Source of the DNA: a virus
IMG/VR virus record: IMGVR_UViG_3300007513_000026
Span: 8,531 to 72,530 of that record
Strand: one strand, 5' to 3'
Length of the DNA stretch: 64,000 nt
The notes below the pieces were generated by a model that searched no databases, was not told where the DNA came from, and saw only the letters and a program-made list of their open reading frames with translations. The position numbers were made by a program, and so were the translations under genes. Within the stretch, counting starts at the first letter, position 1, and every line of letters begins with the position of its first letter. Positions 27,509-37,684 of the stretch are shown one piece after another.

Positions 27509-28644
27509 TAGTACTTATCAACCGGCACCAAGTGGTGTCCATTGATTTTGTGATTTTGGACGATTTGCGGAAGGGCGCCCATGAAAATAAATGGACGCGT
27601 CTCCGGAATTTCCAACTTAACCACTGCTGGAAGTTGGCTCATGACCACTTCCCAAGAGTCGCGGTACAAGTTTTCAACGTATTCCATCGATTTCTTAAGC
27701 CCTGCGCGCGCTGCGGTTGGGCTATAGTCAGTAGTGTAGAAGATGAGATTCACGGGCTCCCGACCGTTCTTCAAAGCATCGCGGACATGTCGCCATGCGC
27801 GCTCAGCATACGTCTCATTATCAGCCATGTTGATCAGAACGAAATCAGCTTTTGCCAAACCAAGATTCGTGGTAATCCACTTTTCAGCATCAGTTTTGCT
27901 AAGACTCCAGATAAGACTGGAATCAATCTTGGAGCGTTCCAAGATCTTATTCTTAATCTTGGTGATAGTGCCGCCTCGACTGTTATCGATCACGTTGTCA
28001 ATCTTGACTTCCCTATATAGCCAATTATCAATTGCTTGTATATCAGCTTCAAGTTCTCCCTTGGCAATCAGGCCAACACCAGCGTTCACATAGTCATCGA
28101 AAACTGACATATAGACTGGCTTCTTCTGATTAGCACGCAAACCATTAGTCACAGTATTGCGGTCAGATGTGTCGGACCGACTATATCGCGCAATTGGCAT
28201 CCAGCGTTCTCCATTCTTTATCGCAGCCTTAATGCGACCTCGACCTTCTAATGGATTATCATCGGTGTCAATACACGGCGGAAACTCCGACATGTCATAA
28301 CCACGACGGCTGAATGACACACGAAAACTATCAATGCGATTGTCTGCGTCATCCACCGCGCGAATACCGATGTTCTTCCAGTTAGCGTCATTTAGATCAA
28401 CTGTCGTAAGATCCAACCAACCAAACTCAATGAACTTTGCGTCCTTAAAATCAATCTTGGGGAGTTTTTCCAACTCATCAAGATTAATTGTTCCTCGGTT
28501 GTTGAATCCTGTGCGGATTTTCGGGGTGCCATTGTTAATGTCAACAACTTCTCCTTCGGAGTCTGTATAGATATCTCCTTGAAGATCGTTAACGTTCACG
28601 ATGCTGATGTTGGCGTCAGCGGCGCCTTTCTTATTATTGCTCAT
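27508..28644 (-). CDS. ParB/Srx-like N-terminal domain protein
   Basis: PPCID...LEGRGRIKA resembles the ParB DGxHR box; start moved to ATG 28644 after GAGGA. Confidence 0.55.
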   Translation of the reverse strand: MSNNKKGAADANISIVNVNDLQGDIYTDSEGEVVDINNGTPKIRTGFNNRGTINLDELEKLPKIDFKDAKFIEFGWLDLTTVDLNDANWKNIGIRAVDDADNRIDSFRVSFSRRGYDMSEFPPCIDTDDNPLEGRGRIKAAIKNGERWMPIARYSRSDTSDRNTVTNGLRANQKKPVYMSVFDDYVNAGVGLIAKGELEADIQAIDNWLYREVKIDNVIDNSRGGTITKIKNKILERSKIDSSLIWSLSKTDAEKWITTNLGLAKADFVLINMADNETYAERAWRHVRDALKNGREPVNLIFYTTDYSPTAARAGLKKSMEYVENLYRDSWEVVMSQLPAVVKLEIPETRPFIFMGALPQIVQNHKINGHHLVPVDKY

Positions 28645-28744
28645 TATTAATTTCCTCGGCCAGTGGCCTGTATTATAAGTGCGGTAGCCGTAGCAATTGC
28701 ACTTTTGTGTAACCTCGGTGACCATCGTCACTTTGGATATTCTT

Positions 28745-28773
28745 AATATATCAAACTTTCTTTACGTTGTCAA
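28745..28773 (-). promoter_or_regulatory. Sigma70-type promoter
   Basis: TTGACA-17-TATATT. Confidence 0.75.
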
Positions 28774-28783
28774 GAACTTTTTT

Positions 28784-28820
28784 AAAAAAAGTAGGCAGAC
28801 TATTTGCAAGCCGGTCTGCC
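28784..28820 (-). terminator. Intrinsic terminator after SSB
   Basis: GGCAGAC...GTCTGCC stem then TACTTTTTTT on minus strand. Confidence 0.65.
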
Positions 28821-28840
28821 AGCGGCACCCGTGAGTCGTC

Positions 28841-29611
28841 TCAGCCACTCATAAGTTCATTGAATGCTCGGTCAACCTCGCTCTTCCCATTGGCGGGACC
28901 GTACTTGGCTGTCTCAGAAGAACGTCCTTCAGCGGAATTATCGCTAGAAAGCTGTTCATCGAGAATTGCGTCTACTTGCGCAGGACTCAAACGCTCAAAG
29001 AGAGCATCAAAGTCTGGCAAACGATCCAAAAGGGCAGGGATCGCTTCTGTGTCATCAAGGAGGGTCGATGTATTACGACGCATCTTCAGACTCGTTTGGG
29101 GATAGGCACCAGGCTTATTCGGCTTGGTGTAAGTTAGCGTAATATCAGTGCCTTCATTGGCATCTGTAATATCGCCGTATTCGGGATCAAGGATATAGCC
29201 GAGAAGCAGTTCGTATGCGGTCTTACCGTAGCCGTATACCTTAACTCCCTCATCCTCGCGGCCACGAATGACCACTGGAGAGAAGTACCGAGTCCTCACA
29301 AAGAGAGACTTGGCCAGCTTCTTGCTTTCCTCGTCGTTGTTGTCTACTCCCTCTCGCCAAAGCTGAGAGGCAAATTCACAAATTGAACAGTGATCGCCAA
29401 AGTTGCGCTTTGGACAGAGCACTCCGCCTCTGTGATTTCCTACATTATAGTGGAAGAACATTTCCTTCAACGGATCCCCATCGTTTGTAGGCACGATGCG
29501 AATGTCCGTATCTCCCTCGTCCGGTTTAAACCATGGAGAGTTTCCATTATCCGTGTTCTCACCTCGCAATGAGGCAAGCTTCTTTCTCATTAGTTCCATA
29601 TCAATACTCAT
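28841..29611 (-). CDS. Single-stranded DNA-binding protein, T4 gp32-like
   Basis: WFKP..G...IRIVP, FHY, CP...CSICE zinc motif, YGDITD...GTD; acidic tail ending AFNELM. Confidence 0.85.
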   Translation of the reverse strand: MSIDMELMRKKLASLRGENTDNGNSPWFKPDEGDTDIRIVPTNDGDPLKEMFFHYNVGNHRGGVLCPKRNFGDHCSICEFASQLWREGVDNNDEESKKLAKSLFVRTRYFSPVVIRGREDEGVKVYGYGKTAYELLLGYILDPEYGDITDANEGTDITLTYTKPNKPGAYPQTSLKMRRNTSTLLDDTEAIPALLDRLPDFDALFERLSPAQVDAILDEQLSSDNSAEGRSSETAKYGPANGKSEVDRAFNELMSG

Positions 29612-29661
29612 ACTTTTTTCTCCTTTTTGATGAGTTCGCAACAAGCGTTCCTTGTTACTCT

Positions 29662-29690
29662 ATTATATTACTCTTGCTCTACCATGTCAA
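29662..29690 (-). promoter_or_regulatory. Sigma70-type promoter for SSB
   Basis: Exact TTGACA-17-TATAAT. Confidence 0.85.
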
Positions 29691-30528
29691 GAGTTTTTTG
29701 TACTACGTTAGTGCGGGCAACGCAGAACCCAAAATCGGCGCCAGTCTCAGTTTCGTAAATTGCATACGAAACCTTACGAAAGGCATTGCGGGGCTTTTCC
29801 TTCAGCATATGAACCAATTTCCTATGCAAGCTCCCATCTTTCTCTAACTTTTCCTTATTCATACATAAATAATAACATACCTCTCTGTCGATGTCAAGGT
29901 CAAAAAACCATTTTTCTTCAAGATTCTTCATGTTCAAAACACCGTAGGTTGTAATACGACAAATCTCTGCCGGCTTGGCCAAAACGCCAATCTCAGGCTC
30001 ATTGTGCGCAAAGTAATTCATGTAGTGTACAGCCGACTGAATCATTCCATTGAGTGAACTGTAGTATTCCTTGATAGGTACGTTCTGCAAAATGGTTTCC
30101 AGGTTAAGGTTTGAAATCAAGGTCACAGAATTAAACAGTCCCGACCTCGCATATTCCTGGAGCACACCGAAGGTGGCATTCTCCATGAGCTTCGGGATTC
30201 CCGAGAGCAGATCCACATCTGGCTTGATGTAAAACAAATCAATCTTCTTATCCTTAAGCTGCTCCAGAATCCCCAACGCATAGTTAGAACTGTACGATGC
30301 CCCCACCACAAAAAACTGAATGTGATCGGCTGCGTCTTTAAAGAACTTTCGGACATCTGGAATGTTTTCTTCGTATTCCTCGGGCGTCTGGTACTTCTTT
30401 AATTTGAACTTATACTTAGACGTTCGTTTAACGCTATTATTCAAACAAAAAACACTATACTGTGGGAGTGAGGAAAACTTTTCCGCAATCCTGCTACCAG
30501 AATTTCCCAGCCCAATAATAGAGATCAT
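29668..30528 (-). CDS. Divergent tubulin/FtsZ-like protein
   Basis: IIGLGNSGSRIA T1 loop, YIKP, LISN, Y..LN; GGGTGSG signature replaced by GASYSS. Confidence 0.6.
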   Translation of the reverse strand: MISIIGLGNSGSRIAEKFSSLPQYSVFCLNNSVKRTSKYKFKLKKYQTPEEYEENIPDVRKFFKDAADHIQFFVVGASYSSNYALGILEQLKDKKIDLFYIKPDVDLLSGIPKLMENATFGVLQEYARSGLFNSVTLISNLNLETILQNVPIKEYYSSLNGMIQSAVHYMNYFAHNEPEIGVLAKPAEICRITTYGVLNMKNLEEKWFFDLDIDREVCYYLCMNKEKLEKDGSLHRKLVHMLKEKPRNAFRKVSYAIYETETGADFGFCVARTNVVQKTLDMVEQE

Positions 30529-31700
30529 ATTTTCAACTCTTTAAAGTTAAAGTAGTCCTTCCCTGCATTCAGGTTGGCCATAAAATTGTCTTTTTCAAAG
30601 ATCTGTTTAATATCCACTAAACTCTCGCGATCTTCATCGCTCATGTCGATCACAATTTCATCGTGAACAATATGAGAAATGAATGACTTCTTGCCCTCAA
30701 GAAACTCGTCAATCTCAACAGCCCTCGCAAGAACGCGATCTGCTGTCGAGCTTTGAATGAGATAGTTTAAGGCTTTCCTCTCGTCCACTAAGATTTTACG
30801 ATCATATGGTGTATAAATATAACCACCTCGATACCATTCGTCAAGTACTTTTTCGCGATTATAACATTCGGCATTGAATGCGCTGGATTCGGGGTTATAC
30901 AGCCACGCAAAGAACAGCGTCTTGGCTGTGTCTCGGTCGCGCTCGCTGATAAAAATGTTCTCCATATTCCAGGTGTGGATGTCCTCTTGAGGTTGTGATT
31001 CTCCGTTCAAATAGAGCAAAGTTCTAGCCTCTGCACCGTTGTAATCCAAAGAGATAAACCAATCGTTATGCGGCTTTAGAAGTTGACGAAAATTCTTCTG
31101 GACTGTCAGTATGGGGAAAGAATTTGGAAGGGTTGTGAGGCGACCGGTGACCGTACCAAAGAGATTGTAGTCTATGTGTCCGTAGTGGTCAATAAGCTGA
31201 TTGGACTTCTTGCGCCCCATGGATGTGTAGTACAACTCTCGGCACCCCTCGTTGTTGAGGTTGAGATCTTGATATTTGATCTTGTGCAGCAGTCGATATA
31301 CCTTATCCAGAAACTTGTAGTTCTCTGGCTTCTCGAAGTTATCGAAAACGTGCTCTGTAACTTGATTTTTGATGTCGCAGAACTCCATCAGAAAATCCTG
31401 GGGCACAAGGTCAAAAAAGCAGTGCTCTCGCAGGTTGATTTTGCCAATCTTGAAAGCTTTCAAGTATGCTCTAAATCTGCGCTGGCTGTCCTGGAGTGCT
31501 GTCTTTAATTCTTCGGGTGCGGCTTCCTGTAGGTCGAGGCCGTTAGCATACAACCACGCAAACTCCACATCCTTGTCGGATACAGAACCAGTGTACTTCC
31601 ATGTCTTGGTGAGGTTGTCGGGGATTTCATCAAAGTGAAGTTTCCCGTCTACATATACACCAACACATTCAGTTTTATCATCTAATGTCTGAAAAAACAT
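30525..31700 (-). CDS. Minimal family-A DNA polymerase domain
   Basis: TVTGRL, SLDYNGAEAR (motif A), RDTAKTLFFAWLY (motif B), ALNYLIQS, IVHDEI (motif C). Confidence 0.85.
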   Translation of the reverse strand: MFFQTLDDKTECVGVYVDGKLHFDEIPDNLTKTWKYTGSVSDKDVEFAWLYANGLDLQEAAPEELKTALQDSQRRFRAYLKAFKIGKINLREHCFFDLVPQDFLMEFCDIKNQVTEHVFDNFEKPENYKFLDKVYRLLHKIKYQDLNLNNEGCRELYYTSMGRKKSNQLIDHYGHIDYNLFGTVTGRLTTLPNSFPILTVQKNFRQLLKPHNDWFISLDYNGAEARTLLYLNGESQPQEDIHTWNMENIFISERDRDTAKTLFFAWLYNPESSAFNAECYNREKVLDEWYRGGYIYTPYDRKILVDERKALNYLIQSSTADRVLARAVEIDEFLEGKKSFISHIVHDEIVIDMSDEDRESLVDIKQIFEKDNFMANLNAGKDYFNFKELKI

Positions 31701-31709
31701 TTACCCTTC

Positions 31710-32912
31710 TTATTCGATCTCGGACTCGCGCATTGCGTCTACCTGTTTATAAATATAACTCAAAGAGCCGCGATAGTCAAATGGTTTATTAATAATTCTT
31801 TCAAAAACATACAAAGCTTTGTCTAATCCTCGGGTAAGATAAATCTGAACACAGTCCCGTTCGAGTTGTGCGCGTGGAGCATCGTCTTCTTTGGATTCGT
31901 CTTCCCAAAACCTTATCTTCATATAGAGTTTAAAAAAATAAATCTCTCTGTATTGTTGGGCAATTTGTGCCAGACTATAAGAACTGGGGGTTACCAAAGA
32001 GGTGATACTCCGATCTCCGCATTCTTCAATTTCAATGATGGTCTCTTCTTTACAAATATTATACAAACTCAACAGATAGGGCATTAAATTATTAAAATAA
32101 GAAAGATGAGAGGGCCCGTAAATCGAATGAATAATGAGATCCGTGCCCCCCAGCGCATAGCGCGCGGCATATTCTATCATTGCGGATGAACCAATGTCGG
32201 CCACCAGGCGCCATGGCATTTCTTGATCAATCATGAATCCGTATGACTTGCAAGTGTTAACATAAAATTCCCAATTAGGGCTGTTAACAAAGGCGTTTAT
32301 CTTTTCATCGTCATTAACAGGATCCAAATCTGCTATCTCAACCACCAATCCTGACACATTAATAGGACAGCGTCGGCTTTTAACAAAAGCAGTCTTGGTG
32401 AAAGGAATACTGTGGCTTGGTTTTTCAAGCATCGGGTTCAGTTTTTCTATGAACTCATCAAAATTTTTAACGTTTAGTTTATCTCCCTTAAAGTTGGCAG
32501 CTATCGTACCAAAATAAATATTTTTATAACCTTGATATAAGATTTCAGGACTTTGGTAAGCTTTATATACCAAAAGATTGCTCAGGTACGGATCGGAAGT
32601 ATTAATTTTGCCAGCCATGGCACATTTACGAAATTGTCGGGCCATGTCTTCAAAGGCATCCACTACAAATTTGATACCCTGGGCTGGTTGGGAGACGCTT
32701 TTAAATCCCTTTAGGGAGATGTCAGGATCCCGAATTTGAATGGGTACAAATAATCTATTAACCCGCCCATACAACAACTTCTCTCCATAATTAAAATTAG
32801 TGATGTTGGGATAGTTGTTAGCATAATCTAACATGTTGCTTTTATAAACCATCTTTTTGTTAAACAAATCTCGGGTCGATTCGTTGTTTTTTTCTTTATA
32901 ATAAGCAGACAT
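31710..32912 (-). CDS. Hypothetical protein (end of baseplate operon)
   Basis: 400-aa ORF coupled to the preceding gene. Confidence 0.65.
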   Translation of the reverse strand: MSAYYKEKNNESTRDLFNKKMVYKSNMLDYANNYPNITNFNYGEKLLYGRVNRLFVPIQIRDPDISLKGFKSVSQPAQGIKFVVDAFEDMARQFRKCAMAGKINTSDPYLSNLLVYKAYQSPEILYQGYKNIYFGTIAANFKGDKLNVKNFDEFIEKLNPMLEKPSHSIPFTKTAFVKSRRCPINVSGLVVEIADLDPVNDDEKINAFVNSPNWEFYVNTCKSYGFMIDQEMPWRLVADIGSSAMIEYAARYALGGTDLIIHSIYGPSHLSYFNNLMPYLLSLYNICKEETIIEIEECGDRSITSLVTPSSYSLAQIAQQYREIYFFKLYMKIRFWEDESKEDDAPRAQLERDCVQIYLTRGLDKALYVFERIINKPFDYRGSLSYIYKQVDAMRESEIE

Positions 32913-35900
32913 TAACTTTCACCCCCAAAAACAAACTCCATCAATCCAGATCCGTCTTTAGCTTCTTGTTCTCGATTAGAATTCTCTGCCTCCGACCAAC
33001 AATAAATGGCGCGCGTGGGACTAGCCGTCGTCATGCTGCCGGCCGAGGGGGTGTTGGTCGCTTTGGCATTTGTGCTAGCTACCCATTTCGCGTGAATGCG
33101 GGAATTAGCACGGCCCGGCCCAAAGCTATGTTCGGAACGAATAATCATGTGATACCCTCCAATACCTATTTGCGTTAAATCTATAGTATCACTCCCAATA
33201 ACGGTGTTGGGCGAAAAGCCCCTAGGATCCACATAAATATAGCTCCCCGGAAATGCACTGACATTCGCATAAGTCTCAATATCCACATCAAAGACTTCAC
33301 GCAACTGTTTAAGTCCATCATAACCATCTTGTTCAAAGCGCAACTCTTTAAGTCCTGTCGAGTCTGTCTTTTTCAGCTTAATGGTTTTGGTAATGCCTCT
33401 GTCTCGACCAATGGAATAATGAAAGATGCCATTCGTATGATCTGTAGCCTCATCTCCCGTCATTTGCTCTGCTGGTTGTGTGCGTCCTGCGAAATAAGCC
33501 AAATAGTTAATCTCTTTGTCAACACCCTTCTCTACGATGGGAAGATCTCGATCACCTCCAATGTTTTTAAGTAAGGGTCGAGTGTTTTTGTGATCTTTAA
33601 GCCAGAGCCGGCTGATGTTAGTCTTCGAGGTTTTGTTTCGGTCTCCCCATATAAGTTCGGTGATTTCATCGGCATGATTTGTAGTGTCTCTATATGATGT
33701 GACGACTGCTTGGTTAACGCGAGTCTTTTGTTTGGCTTCATTGCTAAAACATTGATTGCTGTTCAAAAACTCTCTTATGAGTTCATTAAAAAAATCATTT
33801 AAAAACTTAGGGAGCGGATAGTACACCTCGTCCCTCTTCGCCATTTTACGAGAGAGCCATTCTGTAAAGTATTTGACGGAAATTGGCAAATCCCCCAAAC
33901 TGGGGAACAAAGATTCCTTGTTCTCATCCGGACTCACAATCTCCAAAGGACCCAACAGAAGCCGAAAATTTTTATACTGCTCGCCCATGGCACGAACAAC
34001 AGCTACTTGCTGATCGATCTGCTCTAAGACCGTTTCATCATCCATTGGCTTTTCATCTGGTGCGGGTGTTTTTAAATATTGTCCAGGGTTTTGACGCATT
34101 TCTTTCAAATAGTTTTGCAAGCTATTATCTCCATTAAATTTTTCATCAATCCCTTCTAAAATCAAATCCATCAAATCGCTGACGTAGAAAAAAGAAAGAG
34201 TTTGTGTTTTGTTTTCTGCACCGGTTCCTGCAATGCTCAATAGTTTGACTCGATCTTCTTCGGTGGCTCCACTTCCAATTGCCTGCTGAATTTGTCCCGA
34301 TAAGGCGATTTCATTCCCCTCGGATAGCGTACTGACTTTGCCGATGATTTGGGATGCGTCGAAGAAAGGACCCTCTTGTCTAAACTTAAGAACATCGGCG
34401 GATTCTAGCTGTATAAATCTGATTTTGTGATTTTCAAATAGACCCCCTATGAGGGACTGAAAACTTGTCACCCTGTCTTCTTCTATTTCGGTTTTTTGTG
34501 CTTTCTGTAGCTCGCTGTATTCTTTTGATGCACACTTGGTAACCCAGGTTTGAGCTTTAATTTTTCTTTCTATTCGGTTCTTCTCGGCGCTAACGCTGTT
34601 GAATATATTAAAGTTAGGCTGATCATAAAAGTCTTCCACATACGCTAAATAATTAATCACAAACTTAACACGCCCTTGATCATCAATATCAAAGGTGTGA
34701 ACAGTGGGGGTTAAATTGAGAGTGACACAAGAATTATAAATAGCGTCTTTCACATCGGTGGTTAAGGTGCTGTTGTTCGGCCAATCACTTCTATAAGCCC
34801 AGCCTACTACTGCTTTGAGACGAAAATCCAATTTAGCTAAATTCTCTTGTTTAACGTCAGTTTCTTTGGGATTAAAACTTGCTAAACTAAGGCTCCGATC
34901 AACACCAGTTTTCAAGGCGAGGTCAACGTACTTAAATTCTGTAGTGGTGCCGCGTGGTACTAACAACTCATCAAAGCTGTTTGCAAAGAGAGTAAGTTTC
35001 GCCTTAATACTCTTCTTAATAGCAAATGGATTGTCGGCTTCATATGAAAATGTAAAATCTTGGACGCCCACTCCTATACCTCGTTTAGATTTGTCTTCTC
35101 CAAAATTAATAATCTCGTTTTCCGTAAAGGTTGAATCAAAAGGAATTGGAAACTGAGTAGGGGGAGAAATGGGATTACCATCAGAATCCCTTTCGGTGAT
35201 TATTTTGTAAAGACGAATCATAGGCTGTAAATTTGCTATTTGATCCGTCTGCATCGTCATTAGGTGTGTGTAGCCGGGATGTTGTGTAAGGTGGTTGATG
35301 AAAGCAAAGGGATCTCCGCGCGCTAACAAACTAGCATTGCATATCTTATTGTTCCAGGGTTCTGTGGTGACACCATTGACGGCCGGCGTGGCGGTATATG
35401 GGAGCCTTTTGCCGTTCAATTTCCCATCGAGTTCAGCCGTTTTATATTTGACCAAGTGTTGTATTTCTGCCAGCAAAAAACATTGTTCATTAAAGAAGGG
35501 TGGCGTAGTAGTTGTAACATCACTAAGCGAAACCCCGCCTTCTTCGCTTTCTTTGTCCAATGCCGCGAGTAAGTTTTTAAGATCTTCAATTATATTAGGA
35601 TCTTGGGTGGGAGCATAAGGACCCGTGCGCGCGGCGATCTCAGCCTCTAATGCAGCCCTGTATGCATCAGTGGCATTGTTAATCGCGTCTAGATCTTTCC
35701 CAAGCTTCTCTGAGGTTTCTGATATGCTTTCAAGAGCCTCGATTAGCGCTAACACCTCGGAATCCCCAGAGCAGCCGTTAGCAGTAGCTGCCTTTGTATT
35801 ATTTTCGGATACTTTAGATGTCGCGGTCGAAAAGCCACTTATATTTGCAGCGTTGTCGCCGGTTTCATTCCAGCTTTTCGTGGAAAGGGAAGTCAAATTA

Positions 35901-36199
35901 AGACCACATTTCTTGGCGGTGCCGTCATCGACGGCATCCGAATAATTTTTGGCGGCAGTGTTGTAGCTCTCAATAGCCGCCAATACGTTTTCCCTGGCGG
36001 CGGTGCGCTCCTCTGTCGTACTGGTGGCCATGGCGGTCTGTCTTGCTGCGGCGGCTTCTTCGCTAGCTTGATCAGCCGTCCAGATGCTGCGGGCAGCCTT
36101 AGACGCACTGGTTTCTACCTGGGCGCCTCCCTTTACAGTATAAGTCTCCGGTGTCGGCTTTTCAGCGGGCTCGTTGTATTCGTATTCTTCTCCCGGCAC
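32912..36199 (-). CDS. Large baseplate hub-like structural protein
   Basis: 1095 aa after the LysM-like gene; C-terminal FPG.YIYV.P...IGGY.MI.R.EH.F hub-type pattern. Confidence 0.55.
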   Translation of the reverse strand: MPGEEYEYNEPAEKPTPETYTVKGGAQVETSASKAARSIWTADQASEEAAAARQTAMATSTTEERTAARENVLAAIESYNTAAKNYSDAVDDGTAKKCGLNLTSLSTKSWNETGDNAANISGFSTATSKVSENNTKAATANGCSGDSEVLALIEALESISETSEKLGKDLDAINNATDAYRAALEAEIAARTGPYAPTQDPNIIEDLKNLLAALDKESEEGGVSLSDVTTTTPPFFNEQCFLLAEIQHLVKYKTAELDGKLNGKRLPYTATPAVNGVTTEPWNNKICNASLLARGDPFAFINHLTQHPGYTHLMTMQTDQIANLQPMIRLYKIITERDSDGNPISPPTQFPIPFDSTFTENEIINFGEDKSKRGIGVGVQDFTFSYEADNPFAIKKSIKAKLTLFANSFDELLVPRGTTTEFKYVDLALKTGVDRSLSLASFNPKETDVKQENLAKLDFRLKAVVGWAYRSDWPNNSTLTTDVKDAIYNSCVTLNLTPTVHTFDIDDQGRVKFVINYLAYVEDFYDQPNFNIFNSVSAEKNRIERKIKAQTWVTKCASKEYSELQKAQKTEIEEDRVTSFQSLIGGLFENHKIRFIQLESADVLKFRQEGPFFDASQIIGKVSTLSEGNEIALSGQIQQAIGSGATEEDRVKLLSIAGTGAENKTQTLSFFYVSDLMDLILEGIDEKFNGDNSLQNYLKEMRQNPGQYLKTPAPDEKPMDDETVLEQIDQQVAVVRAMGEQYKNFRLLLGPLEIVSPDENKESLFPSLGDLPISVKYFTEWLSRKMAKRDEVYYPLPKFLNDFFNELIREFLNSNQCFSNEAKQKTRVNQAVVTSYRDTTNHADEITELIWGDRNKTSKTNISRLWLKDHKNTRPLLKNIGGDRDLPIVEKGVDKEINYLAYFAGRTQPAEQMTGDEATDHTNGIFHYSIGRDRGITKTIKLKKTDSTGLKELRFEQDGYDGLKQLREVFDVDIETYANVSAFPGSYIYVDPRGFSPNTVIGSDTIDLTQIGIGGYHMIIRSEHSFGPGRANSRIHAKWVASTNAKATNTPSAGSMTTASPTRAIYCWSEAENSNREQEAKDGSGLMEFVFGGES

Positions 36200-36202
36200 A
36201 GC

Positions 36203-36538
36203 TTAAGCCCCCAAAACCTTCAGGGCGGCCGCGATGTCGAGAGGAATCTCAAGGAGGGCGCCTATGGAAACATCAGCCTCTACTCCATAACTGTTCCACC
36301 AAGCGATTACCCACCAAAAGCGCGCATCGCCATAATAAGTGTTGGCTAAACTATAGAATCGGTCGCCGTACTTCCATACGTGCTTGGTGCTTTTAAGCGC
36401 AACTCTCGCCCGTAACGAAGGATTTCGCATTATTGGTGTTTCATACTGCTCAATAGCCTTAAGTCCTCTCGATTTTCTCAGAGGTTCATAGTACTCGCTA
36501 TCGTTCAATATTGTTCTGCGTTTGTTGTTTCTTGCCAT
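36203..36538 (-). CDS. LysM-like baseplate wedge protein (gp53/tail X-like)
   Basis: HVWKYGDRFYSLANTYYGDARFWWVIAWWN...G..L.IP. Confidence 0.8.
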   Translation of the reverse strand: MARNNKRRTILNDSEYYEPLRKSRGLKAIEQYETPIMRNPSLRARVALKSTKHVWKYGDRFYSLANTYYGDARFWWVIAWWNSYGVEADVSIGALLEIPLDIAAALKVLGA

Positions 36539-36564
36539 TGTTTATATTCCTATTGATATCCCAA

Positions 36565-37674
36565 TTAGAGTTCACGAAGCGCGGCGTTGAGGTCTTCTAC
36601 AGGAATCTCAGCATAACGGTCCTCAAGCTCATCCGCTTCTTCGAAAATTCTCACCGAAGGTTCGAAAGCTTCGTATCTGTCTGACCCCATCCCGGCGCCG
36701 TTGGCCGCCTTGGAGTTTGCCACTTTATTCTGTATATCGGCATTTTGGTTGGCGGCTTCTTCGGCTGTTGACTCCGGTGGAGGGGTTGTGGCATTTTCCG
36801 TTTTCTCGGTCGCGGTCGCGCCGTCGTCGCCGTCGGCGTTGAGAGTGTCGTCGTCAGCGGGCATTGCTTCGGCGGCGTTTTTGACATTTGTTTTGGTCGG
36901 TGCAGGGGCCGAATTGCTCCCCCCCGTACCAGCGCCACCTTCGGGCACCGTGGCACCAACTCCATAAGGAAAGCTTGGTCCGTCCTGAACCCCGTTGTAT
37001 CCCACTCCAAACTTGTTCTCGTCGTTCCATCCCAAGGCGTGCTCGTGAATAGGCGAAAAGTCAAGATTAATCTCAATTAATTTGGGAAGAATTACACCCC
37101 CGTCATAAGCTACTACACCGACATCTGTATCTAAGTTGTGGTTGATGGTGAGATTACCGACCACTCCCAAAAGCCCGTCGTCGCCAGCACCGCCCGTGGT
37201 GTAACCGTCAAACTGTTCTCCAGATGCACCGGCCGTATTTGTGGCAAGATTCATGAGCTTAAGACGGATCAGAGGAGATTGTGTGATCGTTTGTGCTTGT
37301 CCTGTTTCTATATAAGTGGGGTAAAGGAACTGAGTTAAAAGCTGTACCTTTCCTAGATTATCGTAGGCATCGCTAGCTGTTGTTGCAGGCACTTTAAATG
37401 CGAGTGTAATTTTGCGCGTTGTGTTCTTAAAGAGGTATATGGGATCGGCGCGACCATATACTACTTCCGATGCCCAATCGGAATTAAAGGTTTCATTGTA
37501 AGCTGTAATATATGCCTTAAAGTATACTGTGTTGTTTGTGGGTACATGTGTAAACCCGATTTTTTGGCCTCCCTCGTTGGCCAGTTCCACATCGCGCTCA
37601 ACATATCTCCCAAGAGGATCTTCAGTGGGATCAGCATTCCGCTTGTCATTGAAAGGGTTCCAAAAATCTGACAT
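36565..37674 (-). CDS. Baseplate / tail tube initiator protein
   Basis: FKAYIT...W....YGRADPIY.F.NT.R.I.L.F; directly after the tape measure. Confidence 0.7.
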   Translation of the reverse strand: MSDFWNPFNDKRNADPTEDPLGRYVERDVELANEGGQKIGFTHVPTNNTVYFKAYITAYNETFNSDWASEVVYGRADPIYLFKNTTRKITLAFKVPATTASDAYDNLGKVQLLTQFLYPTYIETGQAQTITQSPLIRLKLMNLATNTAGASGEQFDGYTTGGAGDDGLLGVVGNLTINHNLDTDVGVVAYDGGVILPKLIEINLDFSPIHEHALGWNDENKFGVGYNGVQDGPSFPYGVGATVPEGGAGTGGSNSAPAPTKTNVKNAAEAMPADDDTLNADGDDGATATEKTENATTPPPESTAEEAANQNADIQNKVANSKAANGAGMGSDRYEAFEPSVRIFEEADELEDRYAEIPVEDLNAALREL

Positions 37675-37684
37675 GTCTTTCTCC

